Shown one piece after another: positions 26,919 through 35,163 of a stretch of 64,000 nt of DNA (positions are counted from its first letter, which is position 1; each line of letters begins with the position of its first letter). The notes below the pieces were generated by a model. It had not been told where the DNA came from, did no database searches, and saw only the letters and a program-made list of their open reading frames with translations. Made by a program: the position numbers and the translations under genes. Where the stretch lies: positions 33 through 64,032 of the forward strand of contig CAZHBZ010000003.1 of assembly GCA_964530925.1 (NCBI GenBank), in the 5' to 3' direction. Source of the DNA: an uncultured Candidatus Saccharibacteria bacterium. Lineage in GTDB: Bacteria; Patescibacteriota; Minisyncoccia; UBA6257; 2-01-FULL-56-20.

Positions 26919-27272
26919 TCATTCGATGAGACGCTTCAGGAATTCTTCCGCGTTGTTTGTGGCGAAAAGTTCCTGAAGGGCGAGTTCGGGAACAGCGTTC
27001 GGGTGGAGGAACCTTCTGGTCGCGAAAACCAAGGTTACGATTTCATCAGATTCTGTGGCGCGCAGAGAAGGTGACCAGATGTTTTTGTTCCCCCAGTTTT
27101 CGACGAGAACCAGCATTCTGCCGTATTCGGTCTCTCCAACTTTTCTTCGCCACGTTCCAAATCCAGTGGCTACCGTTTCATAAAGTTCCTCGAGGTCCTG
27201 CTCAACGTGTTCGAAGGTTGCGTTGATGCGCGCGAGCTTCAGATCCGAATCGTTCCTCGTCGGTTCCGACAT
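26919..27272 (-). CDS. hypothetical protein, paralog of 26465-26887
   Basis: GGAGG/AAAGG SD; same shared motifs. Confidence 0.65.
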   Translation of the reverse strand: MSEPTRNDSDLKLARINATFEHVEQDLEELYETVATGFGTWRRKVGETEYGRMLVLVENWGNKNIWSPSLRATESDEIVTLVFATRRFLHPNAVPELALQELFATNNAEEFLKRLIE

Positions 27273-27491
27273 TTCCTTTTCCTCCCTTCGTGATTTTTAA
27301 GGACTCGTTAAAGCATAGAAGCGTCTCACGTTTCCGTCAATTGGTATTTTGCGCGATTTTACCTGAACAACACGCCTTTTTGACTTAGGGCGGTTTTTGG
27401 CATTAAATTATATGACAAAAGAGAGAGCGACCAACGCCTTCGGCGGGGTATAAGGTTTTATAAGCTCACTTTGTTTCACATAAAATCTAAT

Positions 27492-28499
27492 ATGTTTTCA
27501 AGAAAAATCGGCATAGATCTTGGCACCGCGAACACTGTTGTTTTTGTTCCCGGCAAGGGTTTCATAATCAATGAACCGACCATTGTGGCGCTTAGTAAAC
27601 CTGAGAATGCTGTCCTTGCGGTGGGCATAGAGGCCAAAGAAATGATTGGCCGCACCCCCGAGGAGATTGTCGCCTATAGGCCCCTTAGGGACGGCGTCAT
27701 CGCCGATTATTACGTGACCAAGGCGCTTTTAACTTATTTCATAGGCAAGGCCACTTCCTGGTGGAATCCGGCGAAGCCCGAAGTGGTTATTTCCGTTCCG
27801 GCCGGAATTACTCAGACCGAGCGTCGCGCGGTTATAAACGCCGCGAGGGAGGCGGGTGCCCGGAGCGCGTACATCGTTAAAGAGCCGGTTTTGGCCGCCT
27901 TGGGCGCGGGGATTCCGATAAACGCGAGAAGCGGTCATATGATTATCAATATCGGCGGCGGAACTTCCGAAGTCGCGGTTATCGCGCTCGGTAATATCGT
28001 TTCCTGGACTTCGCTTCGGGTGGCCGGCAACAAATTCGATATCGCGGTAAGCGATTATGTAAAAAAGAAATACGGTCTGGCTATCGGCGAGCAAACTTCG
28101 GAGAACGTGAAAATAGAAATAGGCTCCGCGCTTCCGACCAAGCATAAAATGGAATATCAGCTGCGTGGCCGGGATTTGGCGACCGGACTTCCGAAGGATA
28201 TTATTTTGAATTCCAACGAAATTGCCGAAGCGCTCCAGCCTCTTTTAATAGATATCGCCGAATCGGTGCAGAGCGTTTTTAATGAAACCCCTCCCGAACT
28301 TGTGGCCGACATCATGGAAAAGGGGATAATCCTTTCGGGCGGCAGCGCCCAGCTTCACAATCTAACGGAATTTTTCGAAAGATTTTTGGGGGTAGCGACT
28401 TACACTGCCGAAGATCCGCTTTTCTGCGTGGCCAAAGGCACCGGCCTCATTTTGAGCCATTTGGATTCGTATAAGCGCACGCTTTTGAATAAGAGATAA
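27492..28499 (+). CDS. mreB: rod shape-determining protein, MreB/Mbl family
   Basis: IGIDLGTAN, PLRDGVIAD, IGGGTSEVA and ETPPEL motifs. Confidence 0.93.
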   Translation: MFSRKIGIDLGTANTVVFVPGKGFIINEPTIVALSKPENAVLAVGIEAKEMIGRTPEEIVAYRPLRDGVIADYYVTKALLTYFIGKATSWWNPAKPEVVISVPAGITQTERRAVINAAREAGARSAYIVKEPVLAALGAGIPINARSGHMIINIGGGTSEVAVIALGNIVSWTSLRVAGNKFDIAVSDYVKKKYGLAIGEQTSENVKIEIGSALPTKHKMEYQLRGRDLATGLPKDIILNSNEIAEALQPLLIDIAESVQSVFNETPPELVADIMEKGIILSGGSAQLHNLTEFFERFLGVATYTAEDPLFCVAKGTGLILSHLDSYKRTLLNKR

Positions 28500-28589
28500 A
28501 AAGTAGGTAGTAAGTAGTAGGTCGTAGGTAGTTATAATGCTTAGTCGATTTTTTGACTTTCTTGTTGCTGCGACATAAACCGTTCTTAC

Positions 28590-28770
28590 AACCTTGGCGT
28601 GATGGGGGTGGGCTGAACCGGATCCCCACCCTCCGCTTAACGGAATGCCTTGTAGTCAGACTGCCAGGAGACGTCGACGGTTCGGCTCCGAAGGGTGCGG
28701 CAAGCCCTCTCAGACGTATTCGGTCCCCGGAAGGACGCGTTTCTAGAGCGCGACACCCCGGTTTTTTCTT
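28590..28770 (+). ncRNA. candidate ~180-nt pseudoknotted RNA
   Basis: GC-rich island in AT-rich intergenic DNA; 9-bp stem whose loop is complementary over 8 nt to 28678-28685; ends in a T-run. Confidence 0.5.
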
Positions 28771-28783
28771 ACCTTTATGACTA

Positions 28784-28812
28784 TTGACAAGTTATTATTA
28801 TAGTGTTATACT
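28784..28812 (+). promoter_or_regulatory. near-consensus sigma70 promoter
   Basis: TTGACA-17-TATACT with TG extension. Confidence 0.8.
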
Positions 28813-28818
28813 TTTCTC

Positions 28819-28962
28819 GCAAAAACAGTGGAGATGTTGCGGTTACGCCAATGAGTCTACGCCCCAAAACGGGCAAGTGACTTTTACCCTCAGGGGTCAA
28901 CGGCCCCGCAACTCCACAAAGTTATGCCGCCCGGGTCCAACCCCCGGGCGTATTTCTTTTTT
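28819..28962 (+). ncRNA. candidate ~140-nt small RNA with its own terminator
   Basis: Closing stem GTGGAG..GTTGCGG / CCGCAAC-TCCAC; internal hairpins; terminator CGCCCGGG/CCCGGGCG plus T-run. Confidence 0.6.
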
Positions 28963-29050
28963 AAGGACTATTTTTGTCATATACTGTACTTGAATTTGGC
29001 TACTTACCATTAACTACTTACGACTAACGACTCACTACTTACTAACTACT

Positions 29051-29920
29051 GTGCTCTTAGGCCCGGATAAAAACCTGGAAACCTTAAAGGATCTCGCGAA
29101 GGCGGATTCGCTTCCGCATGGGTTCATTTTTTATGGGCCGGAGATGGTCGGCAAGTTTACGGCCGCGAAAGCGCTTGCCGCGTATTTCGAAAAAAAGGAT
29201 TGGGATTTCGGGGGAATTCTGGAAGACGCGCGTATAATAGAGCCTGACGAGGAGGGGACGATAGGCATAGACGCGGTCCGGGAGATAAAAACTTTCGTTT
29301 ATCAAAAACCGAATTTCAGCAAATACAGGACGCTCATTTTGGACGAAGCGGAGCGGATGACCGAAGCGGCGGAGAACGCGCTTCTTAAGGTCGCCGAAGA
29401 GCCGCCGGAATCGAGTTTAATAATTTTGATAGTCCGGGAGCCGGAACTTCTCTCGGCCACCTTGCGTTCCCGTTTTCAAAAAATATATTTCGGAGAATGG
29501 AATCTGGAGGAGCTCGAAGAGCATTTAAAAAAAGAGAATGGCTTTACGGCGGCGGAGGCGAAGAAGCTTGCCAAACTTTCCGGCGGAAAGATCGGCCTCG
29601 CAATCCGGCTTAAAACCGACGAGGCATTCAAGGAGCGGATGAATACGGCGGTCAAATATCTGGAGTCCACCCCGCAGGCCCGTTCCGAACTTATCAAAAA
29701 GCTCCAGGAAGACGAGGCTTGGAATATAGAAAGGTTCTTAGACGATCTAGCCCTGGCATTCGTGGCAAAATATATGACAAATGGTTTGGCCACGGGCCTT
29801 GCCCCGAGCGTAGTCGGGGGCTTCCACGCCATTATGGAAACCCGCCAAAATTTCGGCTATTATAACCTAAGCTCCAAGATACAGATGGAGGCGCTGTCGC
29901 AAAAACTCACAATGCAGTAG
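29051..29920 (+). CDS. holB: DNA polymerase III delta' subunit
   Basis: HGFIFYGPEMVGK, IGIDAVR, AENALLK..EEPP and TLRSRF motifs. Confidence 0.9.
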   Translation: MLLGPDKNLETLKDLAKADSLPHGFIFYGPEMVGKFTAAKALAAYFEKKDWDFGGILEDARIIEPDEEGTIGIDAVREIKTFVYQKPNFSKYRTLILDEAERMTEAAENALLKVAEEPPESSLIILIVREPELLSATLRSRFQKIYFGEWNLEELEEHLKKENGFTAAEAKKLAKLSGGKIGLAIRLKTDEAFKERMNTAVKYLESTPQARSELIKKLQEDEAWNIERFLDDLALAFVAKYMTNGLATGLAPSVVGGFHAIMETRQNFGYYNLSSKIQMEALSQKLTMQ

Positions 29921-30009
29921 GTAGTAAGTAGTGAGTAGTAGGTAGAAAAAATAAAAATCAAATTCGTATATTAGTAATAAATTCGTAATCAGTAGAGACA
30001 AATTAACTC

Positions 30010-30561
30010 ATGGATACCTATCTAAAAGAACTCGAAGACAATTTAAAAGCGGTAGTTTTTAAGTTTAAGGAAGAAATCAAAGGCGTGAGGAGCAGCCGTC
30101 CTTCGCCGGAACTCGTCGAAAACATCTACGTGGAAGCCTATGGGCAGTCCATGCAGGTGAAGCAACTTGGCACGATAACCGTCGGCGGTTCAAGGGAAAT
30201 AGTCATCAGCTTGTGGGATAAAGAGGCCCTACAGCCGGTCGTAAAGGCCATAGAAGCCGCCGGGGCGGGTCTTTCGGTCCAGAGCGACGGTTTGATTGTT
30301 CGGGCGTTTTTGCCTGCCCTGAGCGAAGAGAGGAGGCAGGAGTTTATGAAGCTCGCGAAGCGCATTTCCGAGGACGCGCGCATCCAGGTCCGGATGACTC
30401 GGGAGGAAACGATGAAGAAATTAAAGTCCGCGGAAGACGATGGGATTTTGAACAAAGATATGGCCTTTAAGGCGAAGGAGAAAGCTCAAAAGCTCGTGGA
30501 CAACGCCAACGTGGAGATAGAAAAGGCCCTGGACGCGAAGATAAAAGAATTGGGGGAATAA
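30010..30561 (+). CDS. frr: ribosome recycling factor
   Basis: VRSSRP, VEAYG, LSEERR and ARIQVR motifs. Confidence 0.92.
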   Translation: MDTYLKELEDNLKAVVFKFKEEIKGVRSSRPSPELVENIYVEAYGQSMQVKQLGTITVGGSREIVISLWDKEALQPVVKAIEAAGAGLSVQSDGLIVRAFLPALSEERRQEFMKLAKRISEDARIQVRMTREETMKKLKSAEDDGILNKDMAFKAKEKAQKLVDNANVEIEKALDAKIKELGE

Positions 30562-30562
30562 A

Positions 30563-30961
30563 ATGGCTAAGCGAAAGCTGTTTAGTAAGAGGGAATTTGA
30601 AGATATGGTAAAACGTGGAGGAGATTTGCACTTCACCACAACTCCTCAGTTTAAGGCCGTAACCGTTCCGCCCCTAAAAGTATATTTCTATGCAAGTCAT
30701 TGGGTAGAGCCCTGTTCTGCCACGGCGGTTACCACTGGGACACTTTATATTTGTCGAAATGGCGAACCGTTTGATATCGATGTTTATTCTTTACGAAATT
30801 CTCCAGAGAATAGGTTAATTGTAGGGTTGAACAAACAAGAAGTTGCGGATTTGGGGTATCATCATGTCGAGGATTTGCCAGAGGTCCTAAATGATCGAGC
30901 GCCAGAATGGGTAAGGGCAAAAATTCAAAAGGCTAGATATGAATACGAGCACAGAATTTAA
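30563..30961 (+). CDS. hypothetical protein (AT-richer insert)
   Basis: 132-aa ORF starting 1 nt after the frr stop. Confidence 0.6.
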   Translation: MAKRKLFSKREFEDMVKRGGDLHFTTTPQFKAVTVPPLKVYFYASHWVEPCSATAVTTGTLYICRNGEPFDIDVYSLRNSPENRLIVGLNKQEVADLGYHHVEDLPEVLNDRAPEWVRAKIQKARYEYEHRI

Positions 30962-31592
30962 AAAAGGAGTTTATAAATTTAGGAATGGAGAGTTTGATGA
31001 GGCCAAAAAGATTTTTGAAGATTTGGCATTCGGATATAATTTTGGAGAAGCTTGGGTTTACCTAGGCGCGCTTAAAATTATTGACCTTGAATCTGGTGCA
31101 ACAACAGTTCAGCAGGCGCTAGGTTGTTTTGAAAAGGCTGATCAGCTATCTCCTGAAAGAGTTAATGAGCATCAAGCTCTATATTCTGATTTTGTATTCC
31201 CAATGATTAAGTATTTTGGTAGCAAATATTCTGAATCAAGGTCTGGTGAGAGGAGCGCGAAAAGAAAGACATTTGGAAATTTGGCGCTTGGCGGACTTTC
31301 GCTTTTATTAGGCTCACAAGCCAAAAAAAGTAATGGAAAATTATTAGGGGTGGCTGGCGGCATATTAGGCGCTTATAGCGCTGACCAGAATAGGCAAAAA
31401 GCAGGAGAAATGGTTAAATTAACAGAGTTTTATAAAGATATTATTAGGCAATTAGTTCTATCCGCAACTTCCTATTGTCGCAACAATCGCGAAGTTTATT
31501 TAAATTTTCAAAGTAAAATCAATGAACTAAGAGAAGCAGATAAAATTTTGGCACCACTGTTGGAATCTGGGATGAACTTTATACCTACGTGA
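30939..31592 (+). CDS. TPR-like protein with a glycine-rich hydrophobic hairpin
   Basis: G..F..GEFDEAKKIFE...AWVYLG...A..CFEKA; GNLALGGLSLLLG and GVAGGILG segments. Confidence 0.6.
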   Translation: MNTSTEFKKGVYKFRNGEFDEAKKIFEDLAFGYNFGEAWVYLGALKIIDLESGATTVQQALGCFEKADQLSPERVNEHQALYSDFVFPMIKYFGSKYSESRSGERSAKRKTFGNLALGGLSLLLGSQAKKSNGKLLGVAGGILGAYSADQNRQKAGEMVKLTEFYKDIIRQLVLSATSYCRNNREVYLNFQSKINELREADKILAPLLESGMNFIPT

Positions 31593-32824
31593 TAATTTTA
31601 TTAGTCATAATCGGTCTGTCTCTCTTAATTTTGGGCCACGAGGCGGGCCATTTTTTGGTCGCGAAGCTTAGCGGAATGAAGGTCCACGAATTCGGGTTCG
31701 GATTCCCGCCCCGGCTTTTCGGAATAAGGCGATATAAGGGCAAGGTTCTGGTCCCGATAGGGGAAGTGACCGAGACGGATGTCGAGGTCAGCCCGCCCAG
31801 CGAGCTGGGCGTGGCAAGCATGATTGTGGAAAAAGAAACGCGGGAGGTGGATGTTTTGGAGACCAAAACTTTTTGGAAGTTCTTTTGGCGAAGAGAAAAG
31901 ACAGATGAGTATTTAGATGGTTTCGATGGCGGTACCGTTTATTCCATAAACCTCTTACCTTTCGGCGGATTTGTGCGCATCGCGGGAGAAAATGACCATA
32001 TGGATAAAGACGGGGAGATAGAAAACATTCCCGAAGAGGAAAGAGCCGGACTTTTTACCAGCAAACCTATCTGGAAGCGTTCGCTCGTGATGCTTGCGGG
32101 GGTTATCGCTAACTTTGTTTTGGGCTGGCTCTTAATTTCTTCCGTTTTTATGGTCGGCATTCCGCCCAAGGTTGTGGTCGGGGGAATCGAGCCCGGCAGT
32201 CCCGCCGAAGCGGTCGGCATATTGGCCGGAGATATAATCAATGATTTTAAAAGCAGTAAAGAGTTCATCGAGTTCGTGAACGCGAACAAAGGCAAAGAAA
32301 TTACTTTAAATATTTTCCGCGAGGGCAAAGACTTAACGATTAAAACTACGCCGAGGATCAATCCGGGGACAGGCAAGGGTGCGTTAGGAATCTATCTGGG
32401 CGACGGGGGAGTGGAAAAGCAGGGATTCTTCGCTGCGCTTGGCACAGGCTTCACCGCTTCGCTTAGCATCATCAAAGATACCGCTCTGGCTTTCTGGGGA
32501 ATGATGAAGAGTATTTTCGTTCATGGCCAAGTTCCGAGAGATGTGGTCGGTCCTGTGGGTATAGTTTCTATTGCCGCTCAAACCGGAAAGCTTGGCATTC
32601 TTTATTTCCTTCAGCTTTTGGCGCTTATATCTTTGAATCTCGCGGTGATGAACCTTTTGCCTTTTCCGGCACTGGACGGTGGACGATTCCTGCTCCTCAT
32701 GGTCGAAAAAGTTAAAGGCTCTCCAGTCAATAAAACTGTTGAAGGTTGGATCAATGCCGCCGGTTTCCTGGCGCTCATTGCATTAATGATTCTCATCACC
32801 ATCCGCGACGTCGGGAGGTTATAA
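31589..32824 (+). CDS. rseP: site-2 intramembrane zinc metalloprotease with a PDZ domain
   Basis: HEAGH, FGFGFPP, LPFGGFV, GPVGI and NLLPFPALDGG motifs. Confidence 0.92.
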   Translation: MIILLVIIGLSLLILGHEAGHFLVAKLSGMKVHEFGFGFPPRLFGIRRYKGKVLVPIGEVTETDVEVSPPSELGVASMIVEKETREVDVLETKTFWKFFWRREKTDEYLDGFDGGTVYSINLLPFGGFVRIAGENDHMDKDGEIENIPEEERAGLFTSKPIWKRSLVMLAGVIANFVLGWLLISSVFMVGIPPKVVVGGIEPGSPAEAVGILAGDIINDFKSSKEFIEFVNANKGKEITLNIFREGKDLTIKTTPRINPGTGKGALGIYLGDGGVEKQGFFAALGTGFTASLSIIKDTALAFWGMMKSIFVHGQVPRDVVGPVGIVSIAAQTGKLGILYFLQLLALISLNLAVMNLLPFPALDGGRFLLLMVEKVKGSPVNKTVEGWINAAGFLALIALMILITIRDVGRL

Positions 32825-32911
32825 ATAAAAAAGGGGAGCCCAATGGGCTCCCTGTGCTGTGTTTTGTTTTCTTGTTATTGTCAACGCACTTTTCATTTTT
32901 TGTCTCTCATT

Positions 32912-32939
32912 CCGCTGGTCTCCATATGGAGACCAGCGG
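32912..32939. repeat. perfect 28-bp palindrome, copy 1
   Basis: CCGCTGGTCTCCAT|ATGGAGACCAGCGG. Confidence 0.9.
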
Positions 32940-33000
32940 GTTTTCATCCCTTTACTGCCAAAAATTCAATAAAGACGGCATTTTTTGTTATACTTTAAGC

Positions 33001-33516
33001 ATGGTAAAAAACATGTCCAGGGACAAATTTTCTTGGAAAAATGTTTTAAAGGGAGTCGGCATCTTTGCCGGCGGGATCATTCTGGTGGCGGTAATAGCTT
33101 TTGGCGTCTATGAGATCCAAACGGGTTCGCGCGATAAACGCCTTTCGGAAATGGAAACAACCTTAAAGATTATCCAGGATAGGTTATTCGAAAAGCAGAA
33201 TGCCGGGATATACGGAGGAAAGACTCCCGCGGAAACTATTTATCTTTATTATGAATTTTTGGAAAGCCGGCTTTTCGGGGTGATTGGCACATATTTTATT
33301 CCGGAAAAACGAGCAGAAGAGTTCAAGCGTTATGATGGGGTTTCGGAGAAAGAAATATTGGCTTTCGTAGAAGAACTTCGGGCCGCGGAAATATTGGCGA
33401 GAACCGCCGATCCGAATGCTTCTATTTTTACTATGGATTCTCCTGTTGAATTGAAACTTGTGAAAATGGAAAACGGCGTTTGGGAGTTCGAGTACATAAA
33501 CCGAAAATTAAAATAA
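33001..33516 (+). CDS. membrane-anchored hypothetical protein
   Basis: Single TM helix; YGGKTPAET...YF...NGVW; TATACT -10 just upstream supports the 33001 start. Confidence 0.7.
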   Translation: MVKNMSRDKFSWKNVLKGVGIFAGGIILVAVIAFGVYEIQTGSRDKRLSEMETTLKIIQDRLFEKQNAGIYGGKTPAETIYLYYEFLESRLFGVIGTYFIPEKRAEEFKRYDGVSEKEILAFVEELRAAEILARTADPNASIFTMDSPVELKLVKMENGVWEFEYINRKLK

Positions 33517-33535
33517 CGCATAGACTATTTTCTCC

Positions 33536-33555
33536 TGGTCTCCATATGGAGACCA
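33536..33555. repeat. perfect 20-bp palindrome, copy 2
   Basis: TGGTCTCCAT|ATGGAGACCA, identical to the core of copy 1. Confidence 0.9.
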
Positions 33556-33595
33556 AAACTTTTATGTCCATTTTCCGAATTCAGATAAATTTCCA

Positions 33596-34885
33596 ATGAA
33601 ACAATTTTCTCTCTCAAATAAAAAACGTTTTATTTCAGGCACGAGGCACGACCTCAGAAACTCCTTCACCCTCATCGAACTCCTCGTAGTCCTAGCAATA
33701 GTAGCCATCCTTTCGGTCGTAGTCATAATGACCCTGAATCCTAGCGAACTCCTGAAACAAGCCAGAGACTCCAACAGACTCTCCGACCTCTCCACATTAA
33801 ATACCGCTCTCTCCGCCTACTCCGCAGACGTAAGCGGAGGCTTCATGGGTACAAGCTCCATTGTCTATGTCTCTATCCCTGACACTTCTCCTACCTGCGA
33901 TAACCTGGGGTTACCCACTTCTACCGGCTCAGGTTTTACCTACCGTTGTGTCACGAGTCAAAATCTCAAAAGAGCCGACGGTACGGGCTGGATACCGGTA
34001 GACTTCACTCAGATATCTTTTGGCGCTCCGATCTCCAGTTTGCCCGTGGATCCGGTGAACACCACTACAACCGGAAACTATTACACATATGTCTCTGGCG
34101 GGTCTTTTATCCTGACCGCAATTCCAGAGTCTCAAAAACAAAAGACAGCTCTCTCTTCCAGTCCCAATATCTCCAATTACCCCGGAGTCATAGCTATGGG
34201 AAACAATCTTTCTCTTTCGCCTTTATACAATCCGAGCGGGTTGGTGGGTTATTGGAACTTTGACGATGGTGCGGGGACTGTGGCCAAGGACTCAAGCGGG
34301 AATGGGAATAACGGGACGCTCATGAATTCGCCTGCGTGGCAGACAGCGTCTAATTGTAAGGTGGCGGGATGTTTGTATTTCAATGGGACCAATAATTCGG
34401 TTCGCGTTTCTACGGCTGCGTCTTTGCAGATGGGCACCAGTTCAATGACCGTGAATTTTCTTATAAACTCGGCATCATGGGCTGATTTCAGGGTAATTCT
34501 CGGTGCGCCAAGTGTCGGTGGGTCCACAGGTTATGGAATTGGTCAGCACAGCAACCCGCTCTACACGAATTATGATGTGTACGGATCAACCGGCGGCGTA
34601 CAGGCATTCACAACTGCGAATTTAATAACCGCCAATAGGTGGAATAATGTAACGGTTGTTTTTAGCTTATCTGACAACGTGATTAAAACTTATAAAGATG
34701 GGATACAGATGGATTCACGTGCAATATCAGCCCCCGGTAATGTCCAAAATGCGAATCAGTATATATTCATAGGAAGCTATCTGGGCGCGTCTCAATTTTT
34801 TCAAGGATACTTAGACGACTTCCGCGTTTATAACCGCGCTCTTTCCGTCGCGGAAATTCTTGCGCTGTATAACGCTACCAGATAA
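33596..34885 (+). CDS. type IV pilin-like protein with a C-terminal LamG/ConA-like domain
   Basis: S|FTLIELLVV class III signal, ARDSNRLSDL, LPVDP; GLVGYWNFDDG...DSSGNGNNG...LDDFRVYNRALS. Confidence 0.9.
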   Translation: MKQFSLSNKKRFISGTRHDLRNSFTLIELLVVLAIVAILSVVVIMTLNPSELLKQARDSNRLSDLSTLNTALSAYSADVSGGFMGTSSIVYVSIPDTSPTCDNLGLPTSTGSGFTYRCVTSQNLKRADGTGWIPVDFTQISFGAPISSLPVDPVNTTTTGNYYTYVSGGSFILTAIPESQKQKTALSSSPNISNYPGVIAMGNNLSLSPLYNPSGLVGYWNFDDGAGTVAKDSSGNGNNGTLMNSPAWQTASNCKVAGCLYFNGTNNSVRVSTAASLQMGTSSMTVNFLINSASWADFRVILGAPSVGGSTGYGIGQHSNPLYTNYDVYGSTGGVQAFTTANLITANRWNNVTVVFSLSDNVIKTYKDGIQMDSRAISAPGNVQNANQYIFIGSYLGASQFFQGYLDDFRVYNRALSVAEILALYNATR

Positions 34886-35163
34886 TTTGCTATAATTGGG
34901 GGATGAATCCCGTAGTAGAATTATGATAAGCTTCGCTTTCATGATTTTAGGGGGAATCAAAATATTGAAGTTAGCGGTAGTCATTAGAGCACAATAAGTC
35001 GAACAAATTAATTAATCATAATTTCACTACAGGATGAATAAAAAGAAAAAGATTGCCAAGAAAAAACACGCAAAGAAGGCCGGTAAAAAAGCGTCGGCGA
35101 GATACCGCGGATAGAGAATAGAATTTAGAATCTAGAAAGTAGAATTTAGAAAATAAAATAACA

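Noticed and set aside
28636-28740. Cobalamin riboswitch or SRP RNA resemblance (TTAACGGAAT, AGTCAGACTGCC, CCGGAAGGA)
   Set aside because: Only isolated words match; the core spacing and remaining conserved elements are absent.
28604-28917. tmRNA (GGGGGTG...CAACTCCAC could form an acceptor stem with G3-U70)
   Set aside because: The stem has a mismatch, the T-loop is non-canonical, no Ala-rich tag frame was found, both ends have better local partners, and a strong promoter lies in the middle. A cmscan is still worth running.
33596-34885. Diversity-generating retroelement target
   Set aside because: No template repeat/variable repeat pair differing at adenines and no reverse transcriptase in the window.
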